A stretch of DNA of 64,000 nucleotides from Desulfatiglandales bacterium (GTDB lineage: Bacteria; Desulfobacterota; DSM-4660; Desulfatiglandales; Desulfatiglandaceae), in NCBI GenBank assembly GCA_963662465.1, contig OY759599.1:4288001-4352000 (forward strand), written 5' to 3'. A program made the translations under genes and the position numbers. Below the pieces are notes generated by a model that saw only the letters and a list, made by a program, of their open reading frames with translations, was not told where the DNA came from and did no database searches. Of the stretch, positions 58,554-64,000 are shown piece after piece. Positions within the stretch are counted from its first letter, which is position 1; every line of letters starts with the position of its first letter.

Positions 58554-59582
58554 TCAATCAAAAAACTCGGGGTGTGCGTTCTTGACCCTCTTCTCAAACC
58601 CGGTTTTTTGGCTATTCGACAAGATTTGATGCTCTTCCATCCATTCTAAAATATCAACCTCAATCAGTGGGCTCATGAGGAGCCCGTCGCTTAAATTGAC
58701 GAAATAATGGCCCATGTTTTGATACTCTTTATACGTAAGATTATCCTTGCCCAGCTTTTCGAATCTATTCTGTACAGCGCGTGCGCTTTCAACAGGGATA
58801 TTCTCATCTTTATCGCCATGCGCAACAAATATAGGGATGTCGAGTTTTTCCAGATAATCCATGGGCCGTTTCCAGAGATAAAAACTCCACATGACGTAAG
58901 GATGGCCTGCCCACATTTTCATGGAATCCGGTTGCGCCTTTATGTCTTCAAATATTGAATTCAGTTCTTCCAGGTTGTGAATGCCAAAATATCCGCTTCT
59001 TTTTGACAAAAAGAACTCAAACTCTTTTGCCCGGCGCCATCCACCCCCGCTGCCTAAAAGAATCAAGTGCGTCACCCTCTTTTCTCTTGTTGCAACAACC
59101 GATGCGATATATCCTCCCTCGCCCTCAGCCATAATTAAAACCGGGATATTGGAATCGATATCTTTTAGATATTCATTGATAACCTTTAAATGATCATCAA
59201 TCCGAATTTCCTTCATGGAATATCCATAACATTCATCCACATCAATATTTCGATCTTCATCAATGCCTCTGCCTTCCAATACAACAACCGAAGCGCCAAT
59301 CGCCGTTGAACCGGCAAGAACGCCCACCTTGGAAAGTACCGTATCATATTCCGCACCTTGAATATAAAAAAGCATAATCTTTGGAGATTTCCCCTTAAAT
59401 ATATTCGGCTCAATTTTCAATGCATAAGATATCAAGGGATAACCATCGTTAGCGGTTACTGTTTTTTTCACCGGGATAATTGACCACCTTTGACAGATAA
59501 CGCACCCATTGAAAAAAATAACAATAAAATAAATCAAAAACAAAGCGATCAAAAGGTTGAAAGTCAATATTTTTTTCTTCAT
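58554..59582 (-). CDS. Alpha/beta hydrolase-fold protein, membrane-anchored or exported
   Basis: N-terminal TM; HGDKDENIP and MGH acid/His motifs; atypical nucleophile elbow. Confidence 0.72.
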   Translation of the reverse strand: MKKKILTFNLLIALFLIYFIVIFFNGCVICQRWSIIPVKKTVTANDGYPLISYALKIEPNIFKGKSPKIMLFYIQGAEYDTVLSKVGVLAGSTAIGASVVVLEGRGIDEDRNIDVDECYGYSMKEIRIDDHLKVINEYLKDIDSNIPVLIMAEGEGGYIASVVATREKRVTHLILLGSGGGWRRAKEFEFFLSKRSGYFGIHNLEELNSIFEDIKAQPDSMKMWAGHPYVMWSFYLWKRPMDYLEKLDIPIFVAHGDKDENIPVESARAVQNRFEKLGKDNLTYKEYQNMGHYFVNLSDGLLMSPLIEVDILEWMEEHQILSNSQKTGFEKRVKNAHPEFFD

Positions 59583-59757
59583 AGCGTTTATTTTCACTTT
59601 TGATCTTGACCATTGTTTCAGCCGAAATCGCAGGTGCGTTATTTTGGAATGATGAACCTGCGGGAGCAATTTCAGCCGCGATAATCATGGCTGCAAGCCT
59701 CTCTCACAACAGGCTCCCGCGATGTATTTTCATGGCAATATCGGCATTATTGTGCGT

Positions 59758-61344
59758 CTATTCCAAATCGTACGCCACAACCCTGCTCTTAGCCGATCCC
59801 GCAATGAAACCACTGGTCACATTGGCCGCTACCAGTTCTTTCAGGCCGTCGTTATCAATATCGGCCACTTGGTAACCCACAACCGTTCCGGAAAGTTTTT
59901 GGGAGGTCCATTTTGAAACCAGGCCCGCTTCATCCCAGTCCATGAAATGAACACGGCCACTTCCGAACCAACGAAAATCCTCAAATATCCTGGCGGATTT
60001 GGAATCGTTTTTACAGATGACCACTTCCCTTTTTCCGTCTCCGTTGACATCGCAGGTGAAGATGGGGGATGCAATAAAAAGCTTTTTAGCCGTATCGGCC
60101 ATGCAATTTACATCCGGATCCATGTATGCCATATGAATAAGGCTTCCACCAAAAAAATCGTCGCTTTTCCACAACTGCTGGCCCGCAGGATCGCAGACAC
60201 GCAGATACTCCCAGGGATCGAGCAAAATCGTAAAAAAAGAGCCGTTTCCAGAAAAATCGCACTGCACAAAATTGAATACATTGCCGAAGCGGGGAAGAGT
60301 AAGTACACCTGCTGAAACGAGATCGTCTCCCCGGCGTTTTAAAAAGTGAACGTCGCCCATATAATTTCCTTCGGCGCTCCGTTTCTGCCCCAAAACCACA
60401 TTCCCCTTGCCCGGAAAATCCACGACGCGAATGAGCCACGACTGAACGTGAATAATCTTCTTAAATTCGGAACCGTCCCACTCAAAAACCAGGGAACCGG
60501 CATTGGTTGCGGTGAGATTGCAGACATAAATCTCAGCCTTGCCGTTGCCGTCCATATCGGCCACATTCATGCAGATGTAATCGGGGGACCAACTGCCTTC
60601 AATGGTGCTGAAAAGAGAGGGGCCTTTCTTTTGCCATTTGTAAACAAAAACATTTGTTTTGTCGATCAAGACCAGTTCGTTTTTGCCGTCTCCGTCCAGG
60701 TCCCCCACATCCAGCCCTCTGATTTCAAATTTGAAACGACGTACGAAAAAGGGTTTTTTGTGGGAGGCATCCACGTTTTTTCCGACGCTGATCAGTGCGC
60801 CGGTATCGCGTTCCGGCCGTGCAAACTCACCGGATTTCCGTTCCCGGGCGGGGATGTCCTTTCCCATAATCCCGGCGTTGATGTTCTCGGCGAACCGGTT
60901 GACCGTGAAAATGATCCCGTCCTCTCCCTTTGATTGATCGTAGGCGGTGAGCAGCACTTTCGATTGGTTTATATCCAAAATTTCAGCATCCAAACTGACA
61001 TTCTCCCCGAATACGGTGAGACTCCCAAAAATAACATATTCAGCCCCCAGGGCCTTGCCGATTTTCAGGGCTTCGGCCTTATTCATGGGCCCCGGCACGG
61101 CAGCCACCGCCTTTTTGACGAGGCCTTTTTCAAGGATGTTCAGTTTGTCTTTCCAAGCAAGCCTAGAGGTCAACATATCCATGATGCCTTCGCGAAAAAA
61201 ACCGAGGTCGCGATCGGAATTCATGGTGAAAGGAAGAATCGCGAGTTTTTTGGGTTCCGCTGAAAAAGAGGGCGCAACGGCAAGCGGAAGCAGCATGGGC
61301 GCGACACAAAATATCAATGCGCAAAGGGCAATACTAGTCTTCAT
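59758..61344 (-). CDS. Exported FG-GAP/VCBS-repeat protein (copy 2)
   Basis: Colinear paralog of 50794-52371. Confidence 0.82.
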   Translation of the reverse strand: MKTSIALCALIFCVAPMLLPLAVAPSFSAEPKKLAILPFTMNSDRDLGFFREGIMDMLTSRLAWKDKLNILEKGLVKKAVAAVPGPMNKAEALKIGKALGAEYVIFGSLTVFGENVSLDAEILDINQSKVLLTAYDQSKGEDGIIFTVNRFAENINAGIMGKDIPARERKSGEFARPERDTGALISVGKNVDASHKKPFFVRRFKFEIRGLDVGDLDGDGKNELVLIDKTNVFVYKWQKKGPSLFSTIEGSWSPDYICMNVADMDGNGKAEIYVCNLTATNAGSLVFEWDGSEFKKIIHVQSWLIRVVDFPGKGNVVLGQKRSAEGNYMGDVHFLKRRGDDLVSAGVLTLPRFGNVFNFVQCDFSGNGSFFTILLDPWEYLRVCDPAGQQLWKSDDFFGGSLIHMAYMDPDVNCMADTAKKLFIASPIFTCDVNGDGKREVVICKNDSKSARIFEDFRWFGSGRVHFMDWDEAGLVSKWTSQKLSGTVVGYQVADIDNDGLKELVAANVTSGFIAGSAKSRVVAYDLE

Positions 61345-61549
61345 GATTTTCCTCATATTCAAGAATATCTCCCGGTCGGCAGTCAAGGGCTTTGCATATG
61401 GCATCCAAGGTGGAAAAGCGAATCGCTTTGGCTTTTCCGGTTTTCAGTACCGATAGATTCTGTTCGGTGATCCCGACCAATTTCGCAAGTTCAATCGATT
61501 TCATTTTGCGCTTTGCCAGAACCACATCCAGATTTATAATGATTGACAT
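61334..61549 (-). CDS. YozG-family HTH regulator (copy 2)
   Basis: 3 substitutions in 71 aa versus copy 1. Confidence 0.92.
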   Translation of the reverse strand: MSIIINLDVVLAKRKMKSIELAKLVGITEQNLSVLKTGKAKAIRFSTLDAICKALDCRPGDILEYEENHED

Positions 61550-61559
61550 AGCACTCCGG

Positions 61560-62099
61560 TTAAATGGTCAGTTCTTTTTCTTCGTTTAAGATTCGTCCTT
61601 CATCCATCACCCACGCAATAACGAAAGCAATCCCGGCTACCATCAGTATCGCCGTTTCAGCCGAGCTAAGCCCAACGTTAAGAAACATGCCGCCCGGATT
61701 GTCCGCTGAAAAAATGACGCTTTTGGCTGATTCATACAGCATTGACGAAAAAACCCAAAACACAAGTGCTTTGGCGATATTCCTAAAGAGCCTGACATGT
61801 TCAAAGGAAAAAATGACGCCCTCTTTATAAAATGAGAATATTTTACGAATGTTTAAGATCCCGTAAGTTATTGCCAACAAAGGAAATAGACTTGCGACAA
61901 GACCAAAAATCTGTAATCCAGACGACAATTTATGCGGAGTTAAAGGAAATGAACGGTTGTTGATTTCGATAAGGGAATTCGGCAAATGGTTAATGAACAC
62001 CCAATACAATATATAACATAATGGTATTATGAATAGCATGAAAGAAAATAGCAAATAGAATTTTTTACTAATTCTCTTGATCTTTAGTACGTTTTCCAT
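61560..62099 (-). CDS. DUF2975 membrane protein (copy 2)
   Basis: Paralog of 52588-53124; VIAWVMDEGRILNEEKELTI. Confidence 0.85.
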   Translation of the reverse strand: MENVLKIKRISKKFYLLFSFMLFIIPLCYILYWVFINHLPNSLIEINNRSFPLTPHKLSSGLQIFGLVASLFPLLAITYGILNIRKIFSFYKEGVIFSFEHVRLFRNIAKALVFWVFSSMLYESAKSVIFSADNPGGMFLNVGLSSAETAILMVAGIAFVIAWVMDEGRILNEEKELTI

Positions 62100-62138
62100 A
62101 ACGGGTCCTCCAGTCTGAATGTTTTCGAGTTGAAATGC

Positions 62139-62189
62139 AGCATGCCGAAAAAATTACCGTTTGTCAACAATAATTTATCGAAATACGAT
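62139..62189 (-). promoter_or_regulatory. sigma70 promoter plus palindromic operator (copy 2)
   Basis: Minus strand TTGACA-17 bp-CATGCT; ATCGA-AAT-ACGAT at 62177-62189. Confidence 0.65.
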
Positions 62190-62202
62190 CAATTATTTCA
62201 CC

Positions 62203-63747
62203 TCAGGCTCCCTGTTTCCCACGTCCGTAAGGAATCCCCAGCTTTTTCATCCGGTTTCTCAGGGTGCTGGGATGGATGCCCAGCAATTCCGCGGCCCCTT
62301 CCGGGCCGTTGATACGTCCCTTGGTCTTTCTCAATATGTTTTCAATGTGTCGGGATATAAGTTCATCCAATCGGAGCGGGCCGTGCTCCGGAAGCGTCAT
62401 GGCATCGGATTCGACTTCCGGTGAAAAAACGTAAGGGTCAAATGACAGGAGACCGCCCCGATACCGGATCAAAGCGCGCTCCACAACATTTTCCAGTTCC
62501 CGCACATTTCCCTTCCAACGGCAGGCGGTCAGGCGGTCCATGGCGCCGGAGGCCAAAGGCGGGACGGTCTTTATCTTGAGTTCCCCGGATTTCCGTCTCA
62601 AAAAATAGTCCACCAGGTTGGGGATATCCGCCTTTCTTTGCCGCAATGGCGGAATAAAAATGGGAAACACGCTCAGCCGGTACCACAAATCTTCCCTGAA
62701 TGTGCCGGCGGCCACCATGTTTTCAAGGTTTTGATGTGTGGCGGCAATAATGCGAATATCCAGGGAAAGGGTTTCGGTTCCACCAACCCGCTCAACTTCC
62801 TTTTGCTGCAGCACCCGCAACAGTCGTATTTGGGCCTGAATGGGCAGCTCCCCGATTTCGTCCAGAAATATGGTTCCCCGATGGGCCCGCTCAAAACGGC
62901 CCCGCTTTCTTGAAACGGCCCCGGTAAAAGCGCCTTTTTCATGGCCGAACAGCTCACTGTCCAATAGGGTGTCGGGAATGGCGCCGCAGTTGACCTTGAT
63001 GAAAGGACCGTCTTTGCGGGGGGAAGAAAAGTGTACGGCGTTGGCGATGACCTCCTTGCCCACTCCGGTTTCGCCCAGAAGAAGCACCGGTGTTTCACGG
63101 GGCGCCGCTTGACGGACCATCTCCATGACGTCTTTTAATCCGAACTCCGCACCGATGATGGTATTGCCTGTCAGCTGCCGAAGTTCGTTTTTGAGATAGC
63201 GGTTGTCCTCGTTCAGGAGATCCTTCAGGCGCAGGAGCTCCTCATGCTTATGGGTGTTGGCGGCGGCAATGGCAAAGGGATCATGCAGCAATCCCAGCAA
63301 TCGCCCGTGGTCTTCGGCATACCGGTCATATCCCGAAGCCCAAATGACCACCCCTCCCAGGGGCTTTCCCCCAATGCTCAGATGCAGAATTATCACCGAT
63401 GAATGGTCCATCTCAAGGGCGGCCCACACAAGGCGGCGAACCGGCTCCCGGTCAGGGCGGTTGATGATCACCACCCGTTGCGCCCCCTCTTCCCGGTTCA
63501 TCATGGAATCTCCCAGATGTTGGGGCAGTGGGATGATCCGGTTCATTTTTTGCGCGCCGCCGGCACTCACCCCGGCCACACAACGGATGGCGAAAAGCGC
63601 CGGATCGTAACGGTTCATGGTCATGCCGTCAATGGGCATAAAATCCTTCAAATACAAAAAGCATTGCCTCATGGCCTGCTCAATTTCCAGGCTCCCGCAA
63701 ATACGCAGGGTTGCCTGTTGAAAAAAATCCTTTTCATCTATGGTCAT
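62203..63747 (-). CDS. sigma54-dependent activator (copy 2)
   Basis: Near-identical paralog of 53259-54794; GAFTGA intact. Confidence 0.95.
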   Translation of the reverse strand: MTIDEKDFFQQATLRICGSLEIEQAMRQCFLYLKDFMPIDGMTMNRYDPALFAIRCVAGVSAGGAQKMNRIIPLPQHLGDSMMNREEGAQRVVIINRPDREPVRRLVWAALEMDHSSVIILHLSIGGKPLGGVVIWASGYDRYAEDHGRLLGLLHDPFAIAAANTHKHEELLRLKDLLNEDNRYLKNELRQLTGNTIIGAEFGLKDVMEMVRQAAPRETPVLLLGETGVGKEVIANAVHFSSPRKDGPFIKVNCGAIPDTLLDSELFGHEKGAFTGAVSRKRGRFERAHRGTIFLDEIGELPIQAQIRLLRVLQQKEVERVGGTETLSLDIRIIAATHQNLENMVAAGTFREDLWYRLSVFPIFIPPLRQRKADIPNLVDYFLRRKSGELKIKTVPPLASGAMDRLTACRWKGNVRELENVVERALIRYRGGLLSFDPYVFSPEVESDAMTLPEHGPLRLDELISRHIENILRKTKGRINGPEGAAELLGIHPSTLRNRMKKLGIPYGRGKQGA

Positions 63748-63830
63748 GTGATGCCTCTTTTCAATTGCCCTAAAACCCTCTGATCGCCCGCCACATAAAT
63801 TGTCGTATTAGACAAATATTAGTATGAGCT

Positions 63831-63933
63831 GCCAAATATGGAAACTAATTTACCGCATTCGAAAGCAAAAACAATCTTCAAAAACATATCCGTTTGATAT
63901 CAATAGAGAAAAACTTTCGGCACGGTTTAAGCT
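63831..63933 (+). promoter_or_regulatory. Candidate UAS and sigma54 promoter (copy 2)
   Basis: CCAAATATGGAA at 63832; TCGGCACGGTTTAAGC (GG at 63919, GC at 63931); GGGAG RBS and ATG at 63991 start a gene that leaves the window. Confidence 0.75.
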
Positions 63934-64000
63934 ATGCCCGAAGGAAAACAACACAGCCTAAATCCATGCAACGTACAAAGGGAGTTGGTCATGAAATGGC

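Larger units (their letters stand above)
50794..63935. repeat. Direct duplication of a ~4.1-kb four-gene cassette (about 50794-54960 and 59758-63935)
   Basis: Same gene order and long near-identical nucleotide stretches, offset about 9 kb. Confidence 0.95.

Noticed and set aside
1..64000. CRISPR arrays, tRNA, rRNA, tmRNA, integron attC arrays, prophage
   Set aside because: No repeat-spacer periodicity, RNA-gene signatures, integrase or phage structural genes seen by eye

Overview
Bacterial chromosomal window, probably from an anaerobic Desulfobacterota (deltaproteobacterium). This is inferred from the split atpZIBE-rex locus, sigma54 regulators, rubrerythrin and tungsten AOR. Main blocks: (1) 1-7.3 kb, thrS-infC-rpmI-rplT-pheS-pheT-merR with a convergent IHF gene; (2) a BtuFCD-like ABC importer; (3) a DAHP synthase preceded by an unannotated Trp-rich leader peptide/attenuator; (4) 12.5-15.6 kb, decayed mobile DNA with two toxin-antitoxin remnants and a DDE transposase interrupted by a 155-bp MITE that carries a REP doublet and an 8-bp target duplication; (5) an oxidative-stress cluster of rubrerythrin, flavodoxin and a flavodoxin-thiol peroxidase fusion; (6) housekeeping and metabolic genes (MATE, thyA-like, rlmN, F0 atp genes, rex, uvrA, pdxA, acyl-CoA ligase, pgl, AOR, ilvA, putA), including a candidate tandem Hfq/Sm-fold protein; (7) 50.8-64 kb, a duplicated ~4.1-kb cassette (sigma54 activator, DUF2975, YozG-like HTH, FG-GAP protein) with conserved cis-elements, flanking a cargo operon with an atypical Old Yellow Enzyme. 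No rRNA, tRNA or CRISPR array was seen. All family calls come from reading motifs by eye; no database search was run.
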